From NCBI GenBank assembly GCA_030141605.1, contig JAQGDQ010001002.1:1-64000 (forward strand): 64,000 nt of DNA, written 5' to 3'. The position numbers were made by a program, and so were the translations under genes. The notes below the pieces were generated by a model that saw only the letters and a list, made by a program, of their open reading frames with translations, was not told where the DNA came from and ran no database searches. Source of the stretch: Tubiluchus corallicola. Its lineage: Eukaryota; Animalia; Priapulida. Shown piece after piece: positions 40,697 to 53,394 of this stretch (position 1 is the stretch's first letter; every line of letters begins with the position of its first letter).

Positions 40697-41608
40697 CATC
40701 TAAATAAATAAAATAAGAAAATTTTTTTAAAAAAAACATTCTTTTAAAACACCTGCTAAATAAAGCCATGCTATTCACAATAATTTTAATTTCAACTTTA
40801 AACATCTAAATAAATAAAATAAAAAAATTTTTAAAAAACCTATCAGATAAGAAACCTCCTAATTATAATATTCCAAATTTAAACATCTAGATAAATTTAA
40901 TTAAATAGCATTCAACTTGAAACAACACAACTACTTCAAAAAATAAAAAGCCGTTAAAAAATTCCCTGTATTCGTATATATATGTGTGTATTTATGTAAT
41001 ACGGAGGGCCGTGCAGTTGCAGAGCTCAGCTTTAACAACGCACGGTCGGCTGCGGCTTGAGAAGATTAAGAGTTGGGGTTTAGCAGCCGAAACTCGACTT
41101 CCAAGTTACCTCCTGATGACTCCAAAAATCTGTAATTGTATTTGTCTTCTCGTTATCCTCACTCCTTTCATAACGCATTCATTGAAAAATATTATAACTA
41201 TATGTACATATGAAAATAACAAAAATTCTCTTCTCTACATTAGCTCAAGCTATTTGATAATTATTGATTACTATCGTGCCTAAATTTTAACTCAATCACC
41301 TCTCAAAAAGCTAAAAATATAATATAATATGTAAAACCCACTCCCATGACCATCTTTATCCAAACTGTTTTTTCTCGCTATCCTACTCTTACTGACCTGC
41401 CTAACTGTTCCTGTTTAACACTTCTTATAAACTTCTATTCTCGCTAGTACAAACTATATTTACTAACAATTGCCAGGTGCCACTTAGCTGGTCGGCCGCT
41501 GCTATAGCGATATGCTTCAGTTTAAACCTAGACATGTGCTCGCATCTAGCATAACCTCTTGGTTATCGCATTTCCAGGGCCAATTTTATATTGGTTTTCA
41601 TAAACAAA
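40697..41608. repeat. pLTR copy 1 (downstream of RT)
   Basis: Near-identical to 50600-51509. Confidence 0.95.
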
Positions 41609-43624
41609 TAAATAAGATGCACACCCCTGTCATCTAAGGTTTGCTGATCTTACTCTATTCCGCTCACTAACATACTATAACCTACAACCAACTCTACCAT
41701 CTTCTTTCTTTACAAATATCATCAACATGCGATCTTATGCGCAACCCTCAATAATGAAATATTATAAAATTTATAAGGTTAATAATGCTAAATATTAATA
41801 TCAAAATCTCCTAGTATTTTCTTTTAATAAAAACCTCCTTAACCTCCAAAAATCAACCTAAACCACTTCATAAACCATAATGAATGGAAACCTGTTTAAT
41901 AATTTAATTAAATTTACTTTTTCTAAATGAGCCCAAATATCAAATCATACTAATTTTTTGAATGCCTAGATTTGTTTGATCTTATATATTTATCTTACAG
42001 AACTCATATGTATAATTTTATTTTTACAAGAGCTATATACTCTTCCTTTGACTCTGATCGCAATGCAACTATGTCACAAAATATTCACTTCACTAACAAG
42101 AACTACAACAAAAGTAAATAAGTTGGTTCTAAAAAGGTTTTATTACAAGTTTTCCAAAAATAAGGTTGTATTATAGCTTTTCCAAATAATAAACTTGTAT
42201 CATTTCTTTCAAATATAATAAAAAAATTTAAAATCCAAAAAATTTTACAAAAATAGATCATTTCAACTCAGCTTTCTATTATAAACATAGGTTTTTCAAT
42301 AACATAATTTTTCAATAATAAAACTTCCATACAACAGTGCAAACCAAGCTAGCTAGATTTCCACTCACCAGAAATAAGAATTCTAATATGAACAGAAAAA
42401 TATATACAATACAACCAGTTATCAAAGCAGCTTATCACCCTTGCATCAAACCAGCCAAAATGAGCACACCAAATAACTATGCAAAACTACAATAAAAACC
42501 AACTAGCAAATAAACATAAACCAAACAAGCATAAAACTAAAAATCCTTTATCCAAAAATACATTTACTAAAGTCTATAAATTTAGAATTACTTTTCTCAA
42601 AAAACTTTACACAGCTACAAGCACAATAAGCAACTTAAAAATAACCATAATTATGAATACATACTCACTAACACTAATAACAAACAAAAAACAACAACTA
42701 TATCAAATTTAAACTAATAGTAAGCATATATGTGTATGTAATCCAGAAACTCCATAACCCGGCGCATTTCCAAATTCTTGTCCGCTACTTAATAGAATAC
42801 CTCGAATCTGGAAAAAGAAAATTGTTAGTCATCTTACAAAACAATCACTAAATAACTAGACACCTGCCCTTTATCGGTTTTAACTCTCTTGTAGTGTAGT
42901 AACCAGAACACATTTTAGAAATACTAAAAAACCTACTGACACATTTTCGGAATCTGTTATCCTCTTGTATTTCCTCATGATAAATCAAGAAAACATATCT
43001 CATATTATGAACGTTCATTACAAAGAAAAGTTCTAATTTAAACAATTTAAAACAACCTAAATGTTAAAAACATTCACAATCAAGGATATTTATCCAAAAG
43101 TATTCCTCTGAAAAAACTCTGGAAAAACTCTAAAAAAGCCTTAAAAAACCTTCTAAAAATTGGAAAGTTTTTAAAAAATTATAAAGCTTGCTTTACAAAC
43201 ACATATAGCCTTACTTTCAGAAAACACAATGATACAAAACAATGGTAAAAACATAAAAAGCAACACAAAAATTCTAATCAGCATGCAATACCCAAAAAAT
43301 TCATAAATTAACTACTGTATATATATATAAAATTTTTTTGTTTTTTATTGTTTTTATTGTGTTTTTTATTTTTCTGTTTTTTATGCATATAAAAAGAAAC
43401 AATAAGACTACACAAAAATAGAACTAACACAAACAAAAATAAAACTACCAGACCACAAGAAAGCAGGCGCAAACAAAAAACTAAGCACACAAACTAACAA
43501 AAAACCCCACAATAACTACAGCAACAAAACTGCACAAAACCTACACAATTAACAAAACAATTTAGCTATACCAATACACACAACCAAAGATCAAACCACC
43601 TTAACAAATCACTTCCATTAAATT

Positions 43625-46104
43625 CTAACAACCAGAAGCCGGCCTATAATCCAATGCTCTCATGAAAGATGTTTTTTGAAATAATACATTTCGCAACTTG
43701 CCATTTACAGGATTAGCCTGCATAAAACCTTTCAAATTTAACATACGACTAACCATAGACGAAACCCCTGTAACTGCATCAAACAAACAGTTATAAAACA
43801 CCCTAAAACCACCATTACGAACTCTCGACGATGAGACAGCCCGTGCACTACCAACGTTACCTACATGAGAACGAATAACAGAGGCAGGATAACCTAGACG
43901 ACGCAAACGAGAAGAAAAAACCTCCATCCTATGTTGATACTCCACATAATCACTGCAAATACGATCGTTCCTCACACTTTCCGTAAGACATAAACCCTTA
44001 AAGACAAAATCAGGATGATTTGAATCATAATGTAAATAAACCATAGGATTCTGAGATTTCACATGCGTATAAATCATCGCCCTCCTTCCCCTAGTACCTG
44101 ATAAACGTATCTCTAAATCCAAAAATACAGCACGGTCGAATCCCACTTTCATTTCTAAAGACAAGCTTTCGGGATAATACTGCTTAATAGCATCCAAAAA
44201 CATCAAAAGATAATCAAAAAGAACCAAAGCTAAACCATCATCCGCATACCTCTTAAAGAACTTAACACTACCCATCAGACTTGATTGATCCTTATACAAC
44301 CTATACTCAGAAAATAACAAAACATTATTGACAGCCGCCAAAGAGCTCTTGGAACCCATAAATAAACCTGAAACCTGCCTATAGATGTAATCCCCCACCC
44401 TAAAATAATTTTGATTTATAGACTCATTTAAAAGAAGCAAAAAAGACTCGATATCATAAAAATCAATACCCAGCATAAGCAAGCTTGACTTAACACTAGA
44501 ACGTACATCAACATGACTTACATTAGTATATAATTCTGCAAAATCAAATTCCACTATAGCTAAGCGTAGCGAAACATCCAAAGTTTTCAAAATAGAAGCC
44601 GCCCTAGAACTATTCGTCACCAGAGTCCGTACCCCAAATTCAGACTGCATCCTCTCAAGCAATGCCTCATTAATCTTATCTAACTTCTTACCAACCAACT
44701 CACTTAACTCCAAATTCACTGCATCATAACCAGTAATGATAGGACTACACTTTAGCAGAAACTCAGTCTCCGGGGAGCTAGAACTCAACTTATGAACCTT
44801 TGGCAATAGTACCATAAATGGAATATTATAATTTCTTTTTGAGCGTAATACTGCAGCAGCCTCACCTACTTTGGGTAAATAAACCTCTCTGCCAGAAACA
44901 TCAATATAATTCTTAATTCGCTTAATCCGAGCAATATACTCTCGTACAGAAAACTCAACTCGACTCCTACAGTCCGCAACAACCTGAGCCACTTTCAAAC
45001 TACACCTTTCATAACAGGTTTGAGAAAGCTGACGATCATACTCCCTACGATAATATTCCAAAGTATTTACTGAAAACCCACAGTTCTTATCAGCTGTACG
45101 AATAACTAAACCATTACGCCTAGCCAACTTCTTTAAACCATTAATTATCTCTGATGTTCTATAAATTGAAGAACCCTTTAAAGTGCTTAACCCATAATGC
45201 CTAATTCTACTTATCTCCCTATCTAACCTAAATAAAATATTTGTAATCTCCATCTTTGCCGACTTCGATAAATCCGGATGACTTAAATACCTCAATATCT
45301 CTACTCTTGTAAACCTAGCTGGTCTTATCCATATGTTCAACAAACGCAAAATATACTTTAACAAAGCGGTCTCCACAGATTCCTTTAAGGTCCGAATTAA
45401 TTTATTTACCTGTACAGGCATCTTAGGTACGAAACCAGTACCCTGACTTAAAAAATCAACTTGCTCCTTACTTAACTTATGACCAGTAAAATTATGAACC
45501 CGAGATGTCAAACCACTAGTTACGCGTTCTTTCTCAGCACCACGCTCAACTGATCTTAGACCTCGATAATACCCATCTATAATACGACTCTCCAACGACC
45601 TCATTGCTCGTTTTAAACGACCATACGGAATAGCATCTCTCTTCTTAACTAATCTAGGTAAATGTATACCTGCCATCCTCTTATCCAACATAAACTTATA
45701 ACGATGTAAATTCCTATATGCATCACCTTCAAGCCGAACCAAATCTCTCAAAATATCAACACTTGACTCTACAGAATCACGATCCTCCATAGAAAGAACA
45801 CCACCACATCGAAAGCTTAAACTATTATGTAAACTTATGAAACTATATTTGCGCCTCAACACTGCACTCACATAAATAGCACTCAACTTTACCAAAGCGA
45901 CTACATAAGAAAACACCAATACATTAAAAGAAGACTTTAACACATGCTTTCGATAAAAAGAAGTATATTGCCTTACCACACCTTGCCCATACGCCACATG
46001 AAATGAATCCATACTACCATCAAACAATCCATTCAACAAACCAAAAAAATTTACCCCTAACACACCGATCTCCGAATAAGGTAGCCCGAAAGACTGTACA
46101 GACT
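43625..46104 (-). CDS. Penelope-like reverse transcriptase; 5' end probably spliced (acceptor at 46105)
   Basis: Motifs VHNFT..LS..Q..LSQG..F.P, ADKNCG, LPKVHK, PIITG, FDFAELYTNV, YRQVSGLFMGS, RYADD, FLDL, YLHYDSNHP, ICS, GYP. The called ORF starts at GTG 46063; ttttattttacAG lies just upstream and the frame is open up to it. Confidence 0.9.
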
Positions 46105-46702
46105 CTGTAAAATAAAAAACTTAAACGGTTAAGACAATTTTAAACAAAAATTACTCTACTACATCACAAATGGAACTTGCATTCAATAAATCAAAACAAT
46201 CAAATTTAAGATCTTTAAGAAGAATGCCAAAATTTTTTAATAATAAAATTTCAAACAAAATTAATCATTACTGCAACTACAATAACTCAAACAAGAAATC
46301 TTACGCAAATCTAAACAACAAAAAATCACACAAAACAAAACCAACCAAAAGCCAAATATAACAGATTTCAAAAAATTTTTTTTAAAAAAATCACAAAAAA
46401 CTAACTTTAAGCAAAACCTTAGCCTGACATAATACAGTTTAAAAATCTCTTAGAATAGCTTGATAGTACAGTATAGTATGGTATAGTTTCTTTGAAGTGT
46501 TTTATAACCTTTTAGAATAGCTTGATAGTATAATATAGTGTAGTTAGTGTTTTTGTAACCTTTTATCTCAAATTTATTTTCTAAAAAACTTCTTCCTAAT
46601 TTACCTCTACCCATTACCTTCCAAGATCTCTTCCACCCTACTACTACCTAATCTAATCTAATTAAATTCCGACCGACTGACTTACTTAATATAAGCCCCA
46701 AC

Positions 46703-47854
46703 CTACTTTCCCTTACACCTGCCTGCCTTCATTAAAGCAATTAAACTTCTCATCTCTACCAATAAAGAATCATAAGTGCAACTATAGCCACGGCTTAATT
46801 GAGCGAACTCCTCTGCTTGTTTTAATATACAAGAACTCAAAGAAGAAACCCTCAAGTGCATACCACCTAGCGTTTCCAACTTATGTAAAATACCATGGAA
46901 TCGAGCCAATAATAATCTATCGTCCTTATCTGCTGAATTAAACAAACCAAACAGCTCAGATGCATCATCCTTCAAATCAGGACACTGCCTATCCAAAAAA
47001 GCCAAGCTCTCCCTACTAAGGTTATATTGTTTAGGTTTAACCTGCCAGGTACCTTTCTTCTTTTCAGTCTGCTCTACTAACTTATCTGCACTCCTTTTAA
47101 CTAAGTAATTGTCTATTTTCTGACCACTATATCGAGTACGTATCCCTCCTCTTACCTCACGCGTCTTAACCCCTGCAGAATCCTCCTTCATAAAATTCTT
47201 CATAGCCTTTAAAATAGCCTCTATCTTTAAATCGTACTCTAAAATGGCCTCAGTCTGAACGTCCTTATCCACTAATAACACACCAGCCCCTTCCAATAAC
47301 CTAGTCTCACGCAATCTACCCTCACCTCTCTGACTAAACTCCCCCCTTGACCTTTCCACTGAACTACCCTCATCCAGCGAGACAATTTCATCATGAACAC
47401 CATAAGATACTGCAGGATTTTTTGGCCTTAACTCTAACGAACCTGTCTTAGAATCATAACAAGACACAACTTTTTTACTAACAATTCCTGGAATAGGACA
47501 CACAGAAGGAGAAGAAGAACGTTTGCTGCCAATAGCACCAACTACACTAACTGTACCCGTTTTTTGATAATGACTCTTTTCCGAAACAACTTTAGTACGT
47601 TTGTCATCTGTTAAATCATTCCGAACCGACAAAGAAGATGATTTCTGTATCACAACTTGGCCTGCAAGACCCTCCTTACTGATATATTTAAATAAGTTAC
47701 CAGCTGCATCCTCCTTGTCAGCTAACCCACCACGGAACCTGCGCGATGATGATCCTCCTCCAACCCCTGACGACACGGACAGCCCAGAATCGCGTTCCCC
47801 TCCCGACCTCAAATCCTCAAGCAACCCGGACAACAGCTCCTCAGAAGATCCCAT
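46703..47854 (-). CDS. ORF1 of the PLE, 383 aa, function unknown (Ser/Gly-rich N-terminus, helical-looking C-terminus)
   Basis: Long ATG-initiated ORF co-oriented upstream of RT with the same base skew; ATG sits 2 nt after an acceptor-like ttgttctttattAG. Confidence 0.75.
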   Translation of the reverse strand: MGSSEELLSGLLEDLRSGGERDSGLSVSSGVGGGSSSRRFRGGLADKEDAAGNLFKYISKEGLAGQVVIQKSSSLSVRNDLTDDKRTKVVSEKSHYQKTGTVSVVGAIGSKRSSSPSVCPIPGIVSKKVVSCYDSKTGSLELRPKNPAVSYGVHDEIVSLDEGSSVERSRGEFSQRGEGRLRETRLLEGAGVLLVDKDVQTEAILEYDLKIEAILKAMKNFMKEDSAGVKTREVRGGIRTRYSGQKIDNYLVKRSADKLVEQTEKKKGTWQVKPKQYNLSRESLAFLDRQCPDLKDDASELFGLFNSADKDDRLLLARFHGILHKLETLGGMHLRVSSLSSCILKQAEEFAQLSRGYSCTYDSLLVEMRSLIALMKAGRCKGK

Positions 47855-47999
47855 CCCTAATAAAGAACAAATGATTCATCACAACAATAAAACAGCAATA
47901 ACATAACCTCACAATCATTTTAGTTGTAAACAATCACATTAATAAACACTCCACAATAATATCAAATCAAACAAATCTAAATAAACAAAATAACAACGC

Positions 48000-49770
48000 C
48001 AATGAAACAAATTTAAGCTTGCATTGCATACGCTAGCTACCTACCAAAAACAAACACATAAAAAACATGTTTAAACCAAACCACTTTCAAAATTTAACAA
48101 GGCAAGTACCAGCTAAACCAATCTGGCACTTCAGCAGTTACAATAGAAAGCTACCAAATACATACATACACATAAACAATTAACAAATAATCATAATACA
48201 GAAATAACAAAACCATAACTGAAACAACAAAATATAAATCTACAACACTCTAACAAATAAACATACACACGTACACACACACACACACAAATAGAACACA
48301 AAATTAACAGTTATAAAATTTCTACTCATCACACTTCAACATAAAGTATTATAACAATTCTCCATGATAATGCTACTAAATACAATATGAGCACACAAAT
48401 AAAGCTTTCAGCTACTATCAACTACAAATTTAACTCAAGACAAACATAATGTAATCCAACTAACATATGAAATACCTCACCTCAAAGAACTAACTTGGTC
48501 GGCACTAATTCTCCACAAGCAAAAACAAAAATGACGCTTCTATTTGACACTGCTGCAATCTGAAACTAAATAAAATTTGCATTGCATTACAATAGCTACC
48601 TAAATAAATGCAAGCATATATAAACATGTTAAAAACTTAACCACCTTGAAAACATATCAAGGCAAACACCAGCAAAACCACTCTGACACATTCACAATCA
48701 CAATCGCAGAATACCAACCATATGCATACACGTAAACAACCAATAAATAATCAGAACACAAAAATAACAAGCCAAGGCTGAACTAACAAAATATAAGGTT
48801 ACAGCATACTAACAAATATACATACACACACTTACACGCACGCACGCACACACACAAACACACACACACAAGTACTCACAAAATAAATAGAACACAAAAA
48901 TAACAAAACTTATGAGAACTTCTACTCAGCACATTTTAACTTCAACATTAAAAAGTATAACAACTCTCTGTAGTAATACATCTAAATACAATACAAACAC
49001 ATAAATAAACATTTAACAATCATCAACTAAAATTTTAACTCAAAACCAAATAATATAGTCTAGCTAAAGCACAAAAAACTCAACTCAAAGAACTAATTTG
49101 TCTAAAACTAAATTCTCCACAGGCAAAGAACAAAAATGGCTCTTCTAATTACAACTGCTACTATCTGAAACAAAATGGAGCTTACATTACATAGCACTAG
49201 CTACCTAACCAAAAACAAGCACATATAAACATGTAAAAACCTCACCCCCTTTGAAAACTTATCAAGATAAGCACCAACACAAACCAACCTGATACATTCA
49301 TAATTACAATTGCAAGCTACCTACTAAAAGCAGACACGTGAACAGTCAAAAATAATCAAGATACAAAAATAACAAAGCCATTACCGAAATAACAAAAAGC
49401 ATAAAAATTAAAGCACACCAACAAACAAACATACACACTTACACACACACACATATGCGCGCACACACACACACTTACAAGCACACGCACAAATACTCGC
49501 CAAAGAAATAGAACACAAAAATAACACAACCTAAAGAATCTCTACCCACCACACTTTAACATTAAACATTAACAATCCTCTATACCAAAAATCTAAACAA
49601 ACACGCAGATAAACCTTTAGCAGCTATCAACTGCACTTTTAACTCAAACAAATGTAATGAATCTAACTTAATAAGACTTACCTCAAAGAAATAACTTGAT
49701 TAAAACTGTTTTCTACACAGACAAAGACAAAATGGCGCTCCTGACTGCAACTGCTTGCTACGAGAACAAA
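48000..49770. repeat. Three diverged ~600-bp tandem units in the PLE 5' region
   Basis: tagctaccta, (ca)n, aatagaacacaaaa, ctcaaagaa and caaaaatgg motifs recur at ~600-bp spacing. Confidence 0.8.
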
Positions 49771-49850
49771 GAACAAAATGGCCCCCAAAAACGCAAAACA
49801 AGTCCTTTTACACACATGAAATGTGCACTCAACCAATCAACCAATCACAG
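49676..49850 (-). promoter_or_regulatory. Candidate internal PLE promoter and first exon (CCAAT x2, YY1-like site, splice donor)
   Basis: CCAAT at 49833 and 49841, AAAATGGCGC at ~49729, minus-strand GAG|GTAAGT donor at 49681. Confidence 0.45.
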
Positions 49851-50599
49851 GCGTAAGCAACAATGCATAAAAAACTTGACCCAGCAAGTTGCACAATCAC
49901 AGCTACAATTACTTTCTACTTGAGCAGAAAGCTGCTCACTACTCTGCCTATGTTTATAAATAGAAAGCTGACACGTTTTATGAATATTGTTTCCAACCAA
50001 TAATGACAGCTCTGTGTAACAAAAGATTACTAAAAGAAATTTCAAAAAATTAAACCTCTGCAACTATTAAGCTAATAAAGTAATATAAGAATATAAGCAT
50101 ATAATTTAAATTATTTTAGCTTAACTCTCACAGACAGGTCAATCTTAAGTTTTGGAGGGATATAACAAAGGAATTTGAATGTGGCAGATGCTAAACTAAG
50201 AATCTCTGAACATCTGACATTTGTAAGTAATGGTTTTTGTTAGCTTTCAATTGTATTACAGTTTAAAACTCTGTACGAAATCTTAATCATATATTTAAGT
50301 CAAATTATGATTTAGTAAAGAAATTTTTATGAAAATGCTAAACAAAGCAAGTCTATTCCATGATAACGAAATACTTGCCTCCAAAATGGCTATCAACCTG
50401 ACTTTGGCACCCCTCTATTTCTTTTAAGTTACACTTCAATGAAAATTATAATTATATTTAGTACATCTACTTAATTAATGAAAACCAAGGTTTTTTAAAA
50501 AAACTTTTTTAAAAAAAACATTTTTAAAAAATACATTCTCTTAAAACATCTAATAAATAAAGCCTTGCTATTCACAATAATTTTAATTTTAACTTTAAA

Positions 50600-51509
50600 C
50601 ATCTAAATAAATAAAATAAGAAAAATTCTTTAAAAAACATTCTTTTAAAACACCTGCTAAATAAAGCCATGCTATTCACAATAATTTTAATTTCAACTTT
50701 AAGCATCTAAATAAATAAAATAAAAAAATTTTTAAAAAACCTATCAGATAAGAAACCTCCTAATTATAATATTCCAAATTTAAACATCTAGATAAATTTA
50801 ATTAAATAGCATTCAACTTGAAACAACACAACTACTTCAAAAAATAAAAAGCCGTTAAAAAATTCCCTGTATTCGTATATATATGTGTGTATTTATGTAA
50901 TACGGAGGGCCGTGCAGTTGCAGAGCTCAGCTTTAACAACGCACGGTCGGCTGCGACTTGAGAAGATTAAGAGTTGGGGTTTAGCAGCCGAAACTCGACT
51001 TCCAAGTTACCTCCTGATGACTCCAAAAATCTGTAATTGTATTTGTCTTCTCGTTATCCTCACTCCTTTCATAACGCATTCATTGAAAAATATTATAACT
51101 ATATGTACATATGAAAATAACAAAAATTCTCTTCTCTACATTAGCTCAAGCTATTTGATAATTATTGATTACTATCGTGCCTAAATTTTAACTCAATCAC
51201 CTCTCAAAAAGCTAAAAATATAATATAATATGTAAAACCCACTCCCATGACCATCTTTATCCAAACTGTTTTTTCTCGCTATCCTACTCTTACTGACCTG
51301 CCTAACTGTTCCTGTTTAACACTTCTTATAAACTTCTATTCTCGCTAGTACAAACTATATTTACTAACAATTACCAGGTGCCACTTAGCTGGTCGGCCGC
51401 TGCTATAGCGATATGCTTCAGTTTAAACCTAGACATGTGCTCGCATCTAGCATAACCTCTTGGTTATCGCATTTCCAGGGCCAATTTTATATTGGTTTTC
51501 ATAAACAAA
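50600..51509. repeat. pLTR copy 2 (upstream of ORF1)
   Basis: Near-identical to 40697-41608. Confidence 0.95.
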
Positions 51510-53394
51510 AAATTAGACAATTTTGCGGTGTTTTTGCATGAACGTAAGGTAAGCTGCAGAAATTTTAATTAGTTTAAGCATCGTGTACTTACAGAAAACC
51601 ATGACGTGCTTACGAAAAGTCACGAAGTCCACCAGTTACATCACAATTTTCAAGTAATTGGTGGCAATCAGAACGCCTGAAAATTGCTACACGGTAGTAG
51701 TCTAAATTAGCTTTATGCCTTATAGACAGCTTTTTTTAAATTTCTTTGTTACATTTTAGCTGCTGTAACAACAGTAACAATAAAATTAACAATAACAGAA
51801 AAAATAAACCCAAGTGACTTGTCCTTTCCATTAAAGGAGTCCTTCTAAAGAAGTTTAAAGGAAAGGCCAAGCCTGCTGCTAGGAGGTTAATCTTATTTCA
51901 ATGTTCGCGAAAAATATTAGAATGATTTAGTAATAAAACTGCAATAAGCGCCTCATGTAACTAGTAAAATCGCTTTAAAGTCGCCATAACTTCATGTTAA
52001 GGCGCTTCCATTTTCAAAGTCTATTCTTCTTCCAATGACATTATTCGTCCAGAAGAAAAGTAGCGCACTGTCAATCTAAGTCAAAAGTTTAATAGGTTTT
52101 TACAAAAAAAATAGATAGCTAATTTTGTAAGATATTTACGTAACAATATACAAACTGCATAAGCCTGAATTAATATAATAATATAATATAATAATAATAA
52201 TGATAATAATGATGATGATGATGATGATGAATCTTTTTTGCAATTAATGTACACAAACTGTACTGTACAAAATACATATACATAAAATTTTTGTGTACAA
52301 TCCGTCGGAGGACTGATGAATGCAATAGCACCTATAATAAAATTATTTGAAACTCTACAATATTAATTAATTTCTACTTAATTTTAACACTCATGAACAA
52401 AAAATACAATGTAACATCTACAAATTTTACAAATGCACAACCATTGAAAACATTAAAAATGAACACAACTTATATGATATTAATTAAATGCAAATTCATG
52501 AAATACATTACTGCTTTAATTTACCAAATAATACAAACATAAAATTTACGCATAGTTACAGCTTTGATTAAAATGCTGTTATAATAATAATATGCCACGT
52601 CATAATCTTTGTAAGTTTACTATAATGACATTACGTAATCATTATTAATTCCGCATGTGATTTTATCTCCTTTGTTCTCCGGTTTTCTGTTGTTTCTTCT
52701 TACAGTAGCACTGTACTTCAATTTTCCTTTCCGAAAATACGCACAACACTCTCGTAAAATATTTTTGGTGTTGAAAATTATGTTAGTTTGTGACGTCATC
52801 AATAGTTGGGCTTGCCCGCCGTTAATTAAGTTTCTAATCTATTATTTAATTATCAGAAACGCTTTTCCAGTATTATTGGTGTTAAAATGTATACTTTTTA
52901 TCGGACTTGAAAATAGGGTAAAACATGAAAAATCATCCTGTCTTCCATTAAGTAACAAATTATTTTGTAATTTATAGTAGTCTTTTAAATGTTATTATCA
53001 AAAAAAGAAAGAATTTCTTTAGCAGAAGGTTTTTTCTGAAGTCTGGTTCTAACCATATACTAATTTATGAATCTCGCCTATGTTATCATTCATAATATTA
53101 GCTAGTGGCGTCGTTAAACCTAACTAGCAATATCCTTAAGATTCTTAGATAATATACATAAAATTCCACATACCGTCGCTAGAGGGCAGAGCACGAAAAA
53201 ACAGACGACATCGCCTAATAGATGCTTTCTCTCAGTGAGATTGCCAGGGGTTTTCAACCACTAAAATGCAAAATACATACAACCACTAAAAATGCAAAAT
53301 GGCTAATTAATGAACGCTAATATAGTAGCTTTAATAATTATGACTATTAGAAGAATAAAGGGCAGAAAATGGAACTACGAGAAAATGATATTCA

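Larger units (their letters stand above)
40697..51509 (-). mobile_element. Penelope-like retroelement (PLE), apparently endonuclease-less, two ORFs, flanked by ~0.9-kb direct pseudo-LTRs
   Basis: PLE-type RT ORF; upstream ORF1; near-identical direct repeats at 40697-41608 and 50600-51509; uniform A+C skew on the + strand between them. Confidence 0.85.

Noticed and set aside
41080-41125. Canonical hammerhead ribozyme call
   Set aside because: GAAAC and CTGATGA are present but stems I-III cannot be closed properly; kept only as a weaker finding.
40984-41283. 99-aa ORF repeated three times (also 50885 and 53716)
   Set aside because: Starts at GTG, lies in the pLTR antisense to RT, has no domain; it recurs only because the repeats are young.
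46150-46260. Extra coding exon between ORF1 and RT
   Set aside because: Short open stretch, but no donor with a phase compatible with the 46105 acceptor.
47601-47906. 101-aa plus-strand ORF
   Set aside because: Antisense shadow of PLE ORF1.
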